A stretch of 64,000 nt of DNA from Lingula anatina (Eukaryota > Animalia > Brachiopoda). The position numbers and the translations under genes were made by a program. Numbering within the stretch: position 1 is the first letter of the stretch; every line of letters begins with the position of its first letter. This document shows, piece after piece, positions 24,924 to 38,188 of the stretch. The notes below the pieces were generated by a model, which searched no databases, was not told the origin of the DNA, and was given only the letters and a program-made list of their open reading frames with translations. The stretch spans positions 19,158,001-19,222,000 of the forward strand of contig CM120642.1 of NCBI GenBank assembly GCA_051362555.1. The letters are read 5' to 3'.

Positions 24924-26198
24924 TCACTGTGTGCCCGACGGTCTGAAATAATAAACAACAAGTTTTATTACTTGTATGCAATAAAAGCAGTTCAAACAAG
25001 GACAAATGAACGTTTATTACTTTTATACATCAGGCCCGTAGGCAGCATTTTCAAAAGACAGGAAAGAGGGGGAGGGGGGGGGCGGGCGGTTGTGAGAAAG
25101 TGGACGTTTTAACCACGTAATTCGTGTACTTAGATCAATAATTTACTAGAGCGCATATTTTCCCGACAACAAGGGAGGTTCGTTTGTTTGATCCCCCCCC
25201 CAACATTTTTCCTCCCCGGCTACGGACCTGTGCATTGAAATGCGTTCAAACAAAGACAAACTTACTATCAGTTTGAATCTCCTCTAATAAAATCACGAAT
25301 CAAATCAAACCACATGATATTATATTTATTTAATATTTAAATGTAAATTATAAACACATTCAGTGAAAAATTTCTACAATTCATGCAAAGCAAAGCAGCT
25401 TTCTAGAAATTACAAATAAGGCTCCAAGAAAATCTCTACGCTAAATAAACGACCAAAACATCTGGAAAAACACTTATTACCAAGTCCTTTATTACTCCCC
25501 CAATCCCAGTCGACTGATTTAAAACTATACTATGATATAATGGATTTTCCTGAAATACTTTTGAATCGACTTTTACACTACATCCTGAATTTCTTTTTTT
25601 TTTTCAGCTGTTGATGTTGCAGGGTTAATACCATCATTCCATGACATTCACACAGCAATAAGGTCTGGCATCTCTTTCAGAAGTAACCCGCACCTTTTAT
25701 TGATCACTTAATTGTAATCGAACGTGGCGCAAAACAGACAGCGGTGATGGGATCGCCAGACAAAACAACCATTTAATTAAACCAGCAATTTGTCAATCTT
25801 TGAAGCAGGGGAAGTTTTTAGTAACCGCAGCGCGGCGGAATGACCCTAAGCAATTACATTTGCCAGCTCAGTAAAATACCAGTCGTTTCTTACTGTGGCT
25901 CAAACGGTTAAATCAATATATGTATACAGAGCAATAAACTGTTGCTAGAAGTTGTTTCCAACATTTATAATACCAATGCATTATATAAGGTTGGAGATTA
26001 TGCACTCCAAATATATTGTGATTAGAAAAGAGTCATGCAAGAAAGAAACAAAATTTGTCACTGTCAGGTAAGGAGTGATTATGTCATACAAACAAACAAA
26101 TAATGGACATAAATTATGAATTAAAAAATAAACAAAATATTAAACGTATGCTGAAAAAGACATCAAATGAGGCAGCATAAAGAAGATACATCCCCCAC

Positions 26199-26254
<56 letters not shown>

Positions 26255-29200
26255 TTCAGTAGAAACGCAGCATGGAAATTTAAGAGGAAAATCAAGTTCA
26301 CCAGCTAATACGTGTTCAATCCTCACACTATATAATGTCAGCATCAACGTCAACCTTATTTATATTGTACATTATTGGCTTAATTGGCAATTATTGATAA
26401 TATTCATTTTATCATTCAAATCATAACACTATCTCTGATCATTGTTTGCACACTTGATTTGTACAAACAATGTCCTTCTGTTCTGACAATTAAATACTGT
26501 TCTTCAATTTTGATTCAAATACATTTTGGGAACATAAAATTTGCCGTAACAATTCATTTCTATCCAGATATGTTAAAATATAGCTAAGCTGCCTTCTATT
26601 CCTTTCCCTACAGACAAGACCATATATGCCAAAATATTGGAAACTTCAGCTAGGTGACAAATTCAGAAATGTCCTTACAAAACAGAACAATCAGTGCAAA
26701 GCTGTAAAAAGTTTTATGATATTACATCAATTAATCAAAGGATTTAGTCAGCAGAACAATTACCCCAAATGTGAACAATTCAACCACAATATATTTCAAG
26801 AAGAACATCTCAAAAATATCAATAAATGTGTTGATTTATGACACCTCTCATTTGGAAGATGGCTAATGGGCACACAATTTGAAACCTGTCATTTCAACTT
26901 TCCACAATCAAAAGAAATATTTCATTAACAAACAAAATGTGTGGTTGAAGCAGGAAGGAGTTTTCCACTTTTAAATTGCCTGATAATTCAATCCACCAGC
27001 CCTAAGACAAACAGACATCAAGGATTCTAGGATTAAAAATTTTGCTTGTACAGACAAAAATGGGCAGACAGCATTTCAAGGGAAAACCACAGGTATTGTT
27101 GGGACATAATCAACCTCATGAATTATCAGGAAATAACATGAGCCTGTTATTATCCTTTACTGAAAAGTGGTTCACTGTAAAACAATCAGGTATTGTTCAA
27201 TAAATAAATACCTATTGATCCCTTATCTGGCAAAATATTTTCAAGCATTAAATTCTTAAATATCAAAGGCAGGGATAAACTATCCAGATCAACAACTTGT
27301 TTTCTTACATGCAACATAAAAACTGCAATTATGTAAAGTTTCATATTAACATTAATATTTTTTTTGTTTAAAAATGACCGGAAATACCCCATTTCTTTAT
27401 CGGAAATATTTTGGCAAACAAGTCCATCAGATTTACTTCTTTCATTAATTTGCCTTTAGATACACGCCTTCCCCCTCCCCTGACACACACATACAATATT
27501 TACCCACATGAAAACACCCTGGCCTCAACCATATTCCAATATGTATACCCTATACTCACTTTGCCCATTCAACCTTCAAGATCAAGTGGTCATAACCGAA
27601 TCCAGACACTCCTTTTATAGCTCGAGCAGCATCCTCTCTTCGGTGGAAATTTATAAAGGCAAAACCCTGAAGACAAAGACATGCTTCGTTACACATAAAG
27701 TAAAAACTGATTGAGGAGTTTTAAAAAACGCTAGCCATCTAGCCGTTCTTACACCACACACCAATTTAATAAGATGATCACAGCAAATGTAAAGGCATTT
27801 TCTGTTGTTATGTTGCCTATTTAAACTGCAATTTTTGGAAATGCTTTAGAGTACTGTTAATCAAAAATAACAAAACAAACAGCTGCAACATATCAAATGA
27901 ACTATTCCAGCTTGTGAGCATTGATTTTTTTTAGTTCTTTAATTTAAAAATTCATACAATAATTTAATACAGACATTTCCAAGGCTGTTACCCTACCTTT
28001 GATTGCCCTGTATTTTTATCCTTTGCCAGGTATATCCTGGATATTGCTCCAAATGGCCGGAACAATTCTTGAAGATCTGCTTCCCGTGTGTCTTCCGAAA
28101 GATTGGTCACTCTGATCGTTGCAGCTTCATCTGGGAAAAGATTGAGAAAATATATTAATTTATGAAGTATATATTGCCAAAATTTCCTTTTACATTCACT
28201 TTATTGTGAGAATATTTCTTAATTGAGGAATTTAATTAAAAATAAGTTTTTTTCTTTATTGCCTTCCCTTTTTTGTTCTAAAGAGAAAATGAATTCAATC
28301 TCACCAATAAATGAGTTATACAACACTTGATGTTTACCCGTTTACATCTACCAAACTTTTTTGCTTTGCTGTTGTTGCTTTACTAGTTCACAACCCAACT
28401 CCAAAAGGATAGGTCAGAAATAGGATATTCATTCAAAAGATTTTGCTGCTGATCTATAAACTGACTAGTTTATTAACAATATGATGATGCTGGTAGGATG
28501 GCCACCAGCGTAACTGAACGGCCTACGTTTTCAAATATGGCTGGATGGCTTATGGATTTTTTTGGATAAATGATGGCTTTAGGCATACTTGGACTCCCTA
28601 AATTTTTCAGGAAATTACAGGTCACCCGTGGTAATTTTGGACGGCCTGTACCCCCAATCCTGGGAAAAACCTTGTATGAAATTATCATATTTCAGCGTTA
28701 TAACTACCTCCTCTTTTATTGGGCAGCATGGAGTCTCCTTTGCCTGTCTTGGCCCCCTCTCTAAGACTGGGAGGTACATATTTGCCTCCCACTTTGGGAG
28801 GAGGGACTGGTGCAGGCTGTGCTGGCTGAGAGGAGTCTCCTGGAGCCTTGTCTCCTTCTGCTAATGTTTCCTAAAATAATAATAATAATAATAGTAACTA
28901 AAGAATCAGAGAGGTTATACTGCTTCTGGGTATTGTATTGGAGTAAGTGCATTCATGTGCCAGCTCCGGCAGATAAGACAGACGAGACTGATTGGGACCA
29001 AAGCCACGTGTACTGCCAGTGTTTTATAAAATTAATCTTTTCTTAGACTACAACATAGTAGGTAGTAAATTATTTCTTATCTATAAAGAATACAACAAAT
29101 ATCACATACCAAAAACTATCTTCAAAGGAAAAATATATTTTTTTCTTCAGGACTTTTCAAGCTCACATATATGTGCCTACCTGTATAGGACCAAGTGTGT

Positions 29201-31414
29201 CCTTATAAGGACATTTTGTGGTCCAATGGTCACCTTTACAAATACGACAGGAGACCAGTTTCTGTCCCTTTAACTTGGCCAGAGGATCTTCCTCACTGTC
29301 ATCTTGTACCTAGAAATTAAGGTATCATAACACAGTGTATATGATTACTGATATAAAATACGAAAAGAAAATACACAACAGTTTGAAAGTCCACCTCTTA
29401 CTTGTGAAAGATAATGAAAATATACACCCTGATAAAATAATATGTGTAGGAGATGTTTCCAAAAGCACATCTTAAATAACATCTTGGTAAAAACTGAACA
29501 TATTCAACATCAAGTCACTGGAAACCCAATGCTTAAAGCACAAATGCATTTTTCTGAAAGGCAAAATCTCAGCTGTAAATAAGCTAGAATGTTGGTCCAC
29601 AATCATGCAAAATATTCACCCCAGCTACCCACTGTGATAGCAGAATATCTAAAATTTGCTTCAATCATACAGAAAAATGTGGCTATTACTATTTCGTTCC
29701 TGGACAAAAAAAGGCACAACATCTAAAATGGTCCACATACCTCTTTATTGTGTACAAACACCATGTAGACCTCCTCTCCTAGCACTGTGTTGGCCGGGTT
29801 GGGGCCAGGGGGGTCATTGGCAGCTAAACCAAATTTCCTCCAAGTCTAAAATGAAATAAATAAATAAAATGAAAAATAAATTAAAAAAAAAACTTGACCA
29901 TGTAGACTCAGAAAGGGTTATCGAATCTACCTCTTTTTTTTTTTAATGGCAGTGCTTTTTTTATTCTTTACCTTATAAAAAATAAATTACTATTCAATGA
30001 AAAAAAAAAAAAAAAAAAAAAAAACATTGCATGGGTTAATTACAATATTGATGGATGCACAACGAGTGGATTTCACCTACACATTGCTGACTTATAATTT
30101 GGAGAATATCAAGAACAAAAGACCCAGACAACGTGCATTTTGCATTAATGTATTATTTAATATTCAATATTTTCAGAAGCATTTCCACATGGTATGAAGG
30201 GAGATTAAACAAAGACATGCAGTGCATACCTTTCTTTTGGCAATGGTCTTGAACACTCTGCGTGTCTCCACTCTGTATGTCTTGACAACCTAACATACGA
30301 TATAAATGGGTTCATTTGCATACAATCACATATTACTATTTTTTAAAACAACTGACTTTCTGCAATATTCTAACTTTTAATGATTTGTTATTTTTCACTC
30401 ACAAGTACTCAGAACATTAAATTTTCCAAAATAAAGGCAAACTTTCTAAAACTTCTGAATCAACACCATGAATTATTTTAAGTAATATTGTCTTGTTACT
30501 TGGAATTTTTTGAATAAAAAGACATACATCAACTGTGAAAAAATATTTTCATACAATGCTTTGTTGATAAAACTTCAAAACAATGAAATTAATATCACGG
30601 TACCCTATTTTTTATAATAAAGTATCAGCAATCAGTGCATGTGTGCACATCTGCTGCTTGAAATTAATTTTTCTCTTACCTTCACCTTCTTCCCATCTTC
30701 ATTAATCTTGTACTCTGTGACTTTCTTAATACCAGTTGCCTCATCATAATCTTCAGATGGAGGTGGAAGATCATCTGAATTAAAGCGACAGAAATTACAG
30801 ACATCTTTCTCTTCCTACATTTTCACACTGCAATGCACTCAATAATTTAACATGCCCTTTGACATGTCACTGATCAGTGACTTGTCACTTAGGGTGAAAA
30901 ACATAAAACAATCTCTAATAAATAAAACCAAATCAAACTTGTGAATAAAATATGCAACATAATAACAAAGCACATGTGGCTTTTTGACACAAAAGAATTA
31001 AATGATGCCAGTTTGGAGAATCTGGATACACTCAGTAACACGAATCCATCACTAACGGCGCCGACACTGACAGTAAAGGGATTGCAGAAAACCACAAGAC
31101 AAATAATAGGACGGATGTGGAGGAAAACATGGTCAAAACGAATAATGCAAAGGCAAACAAGTTATCGAGAGTGTGACATCTTAAACAAACCGGTCAAAAC
31201 AGAGAAATGAAGACATGCCATATGGCAAAAATTAAAAGTGACTTACCTTCTTCGCCGGCTTCTACTTGGTCAGCCCAGCTGATTGACGTGCTAAAACATT
31301 ACAAAAATGAAGAATTATGTAACATAAACGTGAAAATTTGTAACGTGTCACAACATTTAAATTATCAAGCGCTAAAATAGAGTTTGAATCTTACTCTGTA
31401 TCTATCGACGGCAT
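24924..31414 (-). CDS. EIF3G: Eukaryotic translation initiation factor 3 subunit G, 10 coding exons, ~291 aa
   Basis: Exons 31395-31414, 31247-31290, 30680-30774, 30230-30289, 29741-29845, 29181-29309, 28708-28870, 27997-28130, 27560-27666, 24924-24942 join in frame with GT-AG introns. Translation shows SWADQVE, WRKFG..DPPGPN, zinc knuckle [25 protein letters not shown], and [43 protein letters not shown]. Confidence 0.97.
25031..25230. mobile_element. hAT-like MITE in the last eIF3g intron
   Basis: CAGGCCCGTAG...CTACGGACCTG termini with G/C tracts; no clean TSD. Confidence 0.55.
26202..26252. repeat. (TA)n microsatellite
   Basis: Directly visible. Confidence 0.95.
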
Positions 31415-31763
31415 CCTCGTGGGTAAAAATGGCGGAGTGTGATACTAACGCGCGTAAAATGTCAAACAAAGTTGAAAATCATAATAAAAAAAATTAAGAT
31501 GAACACACGGTTACTACTGAATGAAACATGTTTTATATATCTAAAAACTTGTTTTTCTGGGAATATTGTGCATAAGATAGTAAAATTGAGACATGAAGGA
31601 TCTTTTATATTCAAGAGCAATTTGACTTTATAGCTTGCCAAAAATCTGTACTTCCGTTTATTGATGTTGCCGTATTTCTGTACAAGACAAATACGAAAGT
31701 TGGTGACATTACTTAAAGAAGAGTCACTGATCAACTTGGCCACGACAGTGCTACCATCCAGTC
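31415..31763. promoter_or_regulatory. Putative bidirectional promoter of EIF3G and C12orf57
   Basis: Divergent ATGs ~350 bp apart. YY1-type motif AAAATGGCGG at ~31426-31435 next to the eIF3g start. Confidence 0.7.
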
Positions 31764-33347
31764 ATGGCTACAGCTCAAGAATTTTCGACAGAGGATGCGA
31801 AAGGTAATTTGTGGATGAATTGCGGTGTTGCCTCTGTCAATTTTGCCTTAACTTTGCAATAGAAGTTACAGTGCCGTTACCTTGCCTCAGTTTTCGGCCT
31901 AACATGCAAGGAACTTTCCGCAGGTAAGGCTTCATAACACCCTGCCTCACGAGTTCTCTTGGCTATGAATATCCACGTCTTGGGGTAACTGTGGGTCCTT
32001 CGTCACTTTGAAACATACCATCCGTAATTATTCATTGTCATTTTGTTTCTGTTCCCAAACTAGTTACTACAGTAAATAACACTTTTCTCTTTTCATTCTG
32101 GCAGTATAGCAACTGGCACCACATACATACATAATTTGTAAGTGACATCACATCAAGCCTGGATAATTTCTAGCACAGGGTGAAATGAGGCCCCACCTGC
32201 CAAAATGTAGAGGCCGGCTGGGATTGGCCCAGGCTCGGTAGCTCAGTTGGGAGCAGTTGCACGGTTTGCAAGAGTCCTGGGTTCGGATCCCAGTCAAACC
32301 AGGTGTTTTTCTCCTCCCAAATAACTACAGAAGCATTTAAGATTGAAAACTTAGGCAAACCACTAGTGGGCACTGGCTCTTGGTGATCTACATATATGTA
32401 CAGTAGCATGTTAGGCAAATTAAATCACGGGATCACTACCGCAGAATGAGTGTACTAAACTTTGTGGTATTTGGGGCCTTTTGAAAAAAAAAAAAAAAAC
32501 CCAGGCTTAGCTCCAGGCTAACAGTTCCATCATGTTTCTTTGGAATTTTAAACCTCAGGTACCAGAAATCTCTTTTCATTTCCAGTTGTTTTAAGGGACA
32601 TTCTAGAAACCTTCACCATTCCTGAGAATCAGGTCCGAATGGAGGAGGCGAGGGACAATGCAGGCAATGACATGATGAAGGTGATGCAGATGGTGTTCCC
32701 AGTTGCCACTCAGATCCAAATGGATGTCATACAGAGATATGGCTTTCCAGGTGATGGAGACGGTAAGTTGGCCTTGTCCTCAGTTTTTGGCATTACATAT
32801 ACTAGGAAAAGCCCCGTACACTGGACTGTGTCCTTTCTGTGTTACATAGTATGGCCCGGTTTGTGTGTAAGAAGAAAAAAAAAACAACTGGCCGATCATT
32901 GAGCATTCATTTTGCAACCATAGTGATGCTTGTGCCTCCTTTCTATGACCACAGTGATGCAGAAAGGCCACCATCCAGTGTAAATGGGGTTTTTAATTAA
33001 AAGTAATTGATGCATAACAGCAGGTAACGTCAGTGCTTGTGCTATTGAAATAAATCAGTTAGACGATTAATTTATGATTTCAAGCTGTTGAAACCTTTAA
33101 ACTTCATTAAAAATATGGGACCTGTTGTAATTTCATGAATTATCATATCAGTAGGTAAATTGCAGAACTATTTTTAATTAAAAAAAGATTTACACATTTG
33201 TATTTCACAGGTATTATAAGATTTGCTCAGACCATCAAGATGCTGGAGAAGCAAGATGCCACAGTGGCAGAACTAAATTCCAAACTGAAGTCTATAGTGA
33301 TGCCTCCTATGGGTGCCCCTCCAGCCATGGACTCCCCTGCGTCGTGA
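31764..33347 (+). CDS. C12orf57: Protein C10 / C12orf57 (GRCC10) orthologue, 3 exons, ~117 aa
   Basis: Exons 31764-31803, 32586-32762, 33211-33347 give MATAQEFSTEDAKVVLRDILETFTIPENQVRMEEARDNAGNDMMKVMQMVFPVATQIQMDVIQRYGFPGDGDGIIRFAQTIKMLEKQDATVAELNSKLKSIVMPPM..., matching the family motifs (PEN..RM.EARDNA.ND, PVATQIQ..VI..YGF). Confidence 0.95.
32232..32310 (+). pseudogene. tRNA-derived SINE head or tRNA pseudogene in C12orf57 intron 1
   Basis: A box TAGCTCAGTTGG, B box GGTTCGGATCC, followed by a T-run; poor acceptor and anticodon stems. Confidence 0.65.
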
Positions 33348-34106
33348 CAGAAATGGACAAATATTGTGGCTTCAGAAGGTTTGGTGAAGGCACGGGGGCA
33401 TGTTTAGAGCAAAAAGTGACATCGGCAAGCACTGAAATTGCTTTTAGGATGTTCCCATATGGGAACATAAGGTGCTTAAGTGTTCATAAAAAACTACTCA
33501 GTGGTGCCCCCTTCAGGTGATACCCAGGGCAGGTGCCCTTACTGGCACACCGTGGATATATTTCTGAGACTGGAATTTTAAGGACTCGGACTGGATGGGT
33601 ATAGATAACTTTTAAGTTAAAAACGCTCAGATATGAAGGTGGAGACTTGTTGCTAATATGGAGAGTAGTGGTAGAAGTAGTATTAGCAGTAGTAGTTTAT
33701 TTTCCATTGTGGGACATGGCAACAAAGATTTGTGACTAGTGCAAAGTAAAAGGCACACAAATGTACACAGAGTTTATTAAATACAGTAAATACTGTGAAT
33801 ACGCCTCATACTCAAAATCTGTTAAAATACTAAGGTACTCATAATGCTCTCTCAGTTTTTGTGCTTAAGTTCTCTCTTAACGCCCACCCGTTGTTGCTTA
33901 TCAAGAAGAATAAGGAAATATGACGGGGGTATTAAGTACCTTTTTACAGTGTGCTGCACACGTGATTAAATAATTTGAATACGCTATGGTGCAAGATATT
34001 TGTATTCTACTAATACAACAAAGGGGAGTGGAAAGTGAATAAAATTATAGAAAAATTGTGACAATTATTATTTTTGCCAAAAAATACTTCCCAAACGTCT
34101 AATTAA

Positions 34107-35141
34107 CCCTCAAGTGACCGAGTGGGGTCATTTACGACCCCAGCCATATGATTTAATGTGCCATCTCTTTATTTTTTATTCGAATTTTCTTTCCTTGCAT
34201 GAGTTTGTCAGTCTACTAATCCTACACACTTTCACAGTTTTTTGTAGGGATCAATCAATTAGTATTGCGTATACATCACGAACTCTTGTGGGGTCATTTA
34301 TGACCCCAAAGAGAAGCATTGGCTTTTAAATATTAGTTTTTAAATGTAATTCAAATGTTTTGCCCAAGCAACACTGACAGGGAAATGTCACATGCATGTG
34401 CTTCATGCAACCAGCCAGTGTGCCCAAAACATAGGCACAAATAAGTGGTTTGTGAAGATTGTGCTTGAAGTGTTACTAACAGTGCATCGCTGAATCTAAT
34501 TTCAGTAGCTTTGTTGGAACGTGTTCTCATAATTGGATCTCTCATTTTGACGGTTACAATTTTCGGGTATTTTGGAAATCTAAAGAATTCTGTCGACATC
34601 ATATTATACATATATTAACAAATTGTTTGTGTGGATTTTGTTTTATACACAGACGTGGTAGTAACATACATGTAGGTTGATTGAATGTGTTCTGAGTAGT
34701 ATGGCTTCCTTACCAGCATTAGGGTATTCCCTACTCAGCAAGTCAGTTAATTATTCTTATTGAAGTTAGCAGGATGCTATCTCAACATAAGTCAAAATAT
34801 TTTTACTCAAAGTAATTTTGTAATGTACTTTTTTTCATTTAGTGTGCCAAATAAAAAGAGAAATATTTCTGCAAGTAGAAACTGACAAGGACTGTCTAAA
34901 TACCGGTGTAATGTTGTTCTTAAAATCTGTGCTTGGTTATCTCATGCAATAAAAGTATTATTACCAAATACTTATTACATTAGATCATTATAAAATACTT
35001 GTCTTAAATCCTGGGAGTAGTATAGGTGTGATAAACCATCAACAGCCTTTTATAATAAGGATCCCTGTACAGAGCATAATGGGGTCATAGATGACCCCAC
35101 TTGGTCATTTCCGTCAGTAAAATAGCTTGGTCTCTTGAGGG
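34107..35141 (+). mobile_element. piggyBac deletion derivative
   Basis: TTAA duplications (34103-34106, 35142-35145); CCCTCAAG..CTTGAGGG TIRs; sub-terminal GGGGTCAT....GACCCC palindromes; C-terminal Cys-rich domain remnant CPSNTDREMSHACASCNQPVCPKHRHK*VVCEDCA at 34361-34468. Confidence 0.9.
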
Positions 35142-35445
35142 TTAAACGTGAAGTTCATTTTATTATGCTAGTGGTAGCGTCGACCGACACAAGCGCAAAG
35201 GGACGGATTCGAAAACTTTTTTCTTAATTAACAAAGTACAAATAAAAAGAGTGCTACAAATGTTTCTTTTAGATATTTTCGTAAATTCATCCATTCATTT
35301 CATTATGTTATAACAATTAGCATCGTTTTTATTTTATTATTATTATTTATTATTACACCATTGATGAATCTCTGGCTAAGATCAACCTACGCCACTACGA
35401 GAGCCTGTCAGCACAGCTTGTTCAGTAGCTTAGAGCTTCCCCTTA

Positions 35446-36206
35446 TAGTCCGGTGGCTTAGGGTAAAAAAATGGCCAAATCGTGACACGGCGGATAAAAG
35501 CACCAAATTTTGCATGTGGGTACCTTTTGACATACTAAATCAAATTAGAGCCGTAGCCCACGGAAAAAAGTTACCGTTTGGCCAAAAAACCCAAAATGGC
35601 CGTCAATTTGTGAAATTCTGTAGAAATATATACATACCTATGTTGATTTTTATCAAATAAAGTATTTTCTCAATGTTTTCCACATCCTTATTACCCATAT
35701 TATGCATATATGTCAGATAACAAAGAGTGTCCTTGGACCTTTTGAAAAATCCAAGATGGCCGCCGCATGGCATAGGAATACTAGAACGTGTACAAGGGTT
35801 TCAACTAATGCCAACTATAGGAAGATACATTGCCCACTATCTAATTTATTTTGTTTCTGAGTGCCTTATTACACAAATTATATATTTGTGGTAAGTAACT
35901 AACATTTATCATCTGGCATTTTGAGAAAAATCCAAGATGGCCGCCATATCAAAGGAATACTAGTATACACATAGGGCTTCTTCTGCCATGGAGATATAAT
36001 ATCAATTTATAAATTAGGTTTGTTTCTGAGTATTTTCCACATCATTTTAATCCACATAATATATGTGATGAGAATGTTATGTGTATCCTTTTTGAAAACA
36101 AAACAAAACAAAATGGCTGCCACTAGCCATAGAAGGTGGGGTTCAGTTAATACCTGCGAGAGATAGGCTTCCATATAAAATGAAGCTGAATTCAGTTGTT
36201 ATTCTG

Positions 36207-36245
<39 letters not shown>

Positions 36246-38188
36246 CCATGATACATATTTGTTAGGTAATTAATGTCCATATTAGATCATTTTGGGGAAT
36301 TCCAACACCCCATTTCCATAGATTTTTAGATCGATCTATCCCTGTGGGGAGTCTCACTAGATTACTGTCAGCTTGGTCGGCTTAAGCGTCTGTCCCGCCT
36401 ACTTAAAGCTGTTAGGGGGTAATTAACTATGGTGCCCGCTCGGCTGACTGCAATTTAGCGTGAACCCCCATGGAGTTAGGTCGATCTAAATCTTAATCTC
36501 TAGATCGATCTAAATCTCTGGGAAAGCACCCCAAGATGGCCTTCTTTTCCCCGTAGGAAAACTGGTGCATTGGATTTAATAGGCACTTCTAAGGCAAATG
36601 AGGGTAATCATGATATTTTTTCAAATTACTTAAGGGTACACACTTGTTACCCACCAGATAGATATCTCAAAGTCCAAAAAGAAATACCGAGAAACAAAAT
36701 TCATTTTATATTGAATCCAAAGTAGTTGACTGCAGGCCTACTAATCCTTTTGTGAATTGCAGCAATCTTGAATTTTCTCAAATACGCAAGATGCACACTT
36801 GCTACACACCAGATTTATATAGAGTAAGGTTAATAAGGATGTCAACATGTTTGAACGGCTTTATTTCAGGTTGGAATCAATGTCTGAACTGTTCCATTAA
36901 TTGACACCTATGTGCATTTGAATGATATATTCCTATGACAACTGGCAGCTATCTTGGGTTTTCTCCGAATTGTACTCAAGGATACATACACTTTCTACAC
37001 ACACAGAGTCTTTCATAAGGATAAATAGCATATGAAAAACATTTAAAAATGATCTAAAGTTAACTACATTTAAATTGTACTCAGTGTGTCTCTGGCATTA
37101 TTTGATTATGTGTACGAATATTCTAATGACAAAAGGCAGACATCTTGATTTTTTTTCAGAATACCCAAAGATACACACATGCTACAAACCAGGTATACAT
37201 CATAGGGGTAATAATAAATGGAATGAAAAAAAAAAATTTTTAAACAAACCCATGGGAATGTAATTGTATAGTGAACCATATGTCTCTCTAGCAGCAATTG
37301 AAACCCACCCATTAGTATTCCTATGTCAAATTGAAGCTATCTTGGATTTTCTCAAAATATCCAAGGATGCACACTATTTACCCACCAGATATATATCATA
37401 GGACTAATAAGGATGGGCAAAACTTGATAAGCAAACACAATTTCACCCTGGTAGTAGATGAAAAGCCATGGACGTGCAGTTGTAATTCCAGTAGTATTCC
37501 TATGGCCAATGATGGCCATCTTGGATTTTCTCTAAATGATCAAATATGCACATTTATTACCTGCTAGATATGTATCACAGTGTAATAATAATGCGTAAAA
37601 CACTGAATAAATAAACTGAACTTGATAATGAATTATGTTTTTCCTAGCTGGCATTAGTTCCAACCCTTTGTAATACTAGAAGTATTCCTATGACATATGG
37701 CGGCCATCTTGGATTTTCTAAAAATGCCCAAGAATACATGTTAGTTACTCACCACAAACATATATTATGTGGGTAACAAAAATCTGAGAAACAGACTTTA
37801 ATTTGATGGTGGACAACGTATCTTTCTAGCTGGTATTAGTTGTGCACTAGTATTCCTATGGCTGTTTGTATGGCATATGACAGCCATCTTGGATTTTTTC
37901 AAAAAGTCCAAGGGAACTTGTTTGCTATCTGACATATATGAATAAAATGGGTAATAAGGGTGTGGAAAACTCTGAGGAAATAATTTATTTGATAAAAATC
38001 AACAAAGGTATGTACATATTTCTATAGAATTCCATAAATTGGCGGCCATTTTGGATTTTTTACCAAACGGTAAACTGTTTGAGAGGGCTACGGCTCTAAA
38101 TTGATTTATAATGTCAAAAGGTAACTACATGCCAAATTTGGTGCTTTTATCCGCCGTGTCACGATTTTTTCCTTAAGCCACCGGACTA
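35446..38188. mobile_element. Long-TIR foldback non-autonomous DNA transposon (Academ-like)
   Basis: TAGTCCGGTGGCTTA...TAAGCCACCGGACTA termini with TTA duplication; several hundred bp of inverted repeat; internal repeated AAAATCCAAGATGGCCGCC units. Superfamily inferred from TAG..CTA ends and 3-bp TSD. Confidence 0.8.
36306..36531. mobile_element. AGATCGATCT-family MITE nested in the foldback element
   Basis: Near-identical to 49784-50009 and to the reverse complement of 51552-51777; CAA duplication. Confidence 0.85.

Noticed and set aside
26845-26870. Possible eIF3g last exon (PSSK*)
   Set aside because: Wrong splice phase and weak acceptor; 24924-24942 fits the phase and has a strong acceptor.
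28131-31246. Intronic snoRNAs in eIF3g
   Set aside because: No convincing C/D or H/ACA box pair on the transcribed strand by eye; an Infernal/Rfam scan would be needed.
32232-32310. Functional tRNA gene
   Set aside because: The cloverleaf cannot be completed; anticodon and acceptor stems pair poorly.
31415-32585. U7 snRNA near C12orf57, as in the human locus
   Set aside because: No recognisable U7 Sm site plus 3' hairpin was found.
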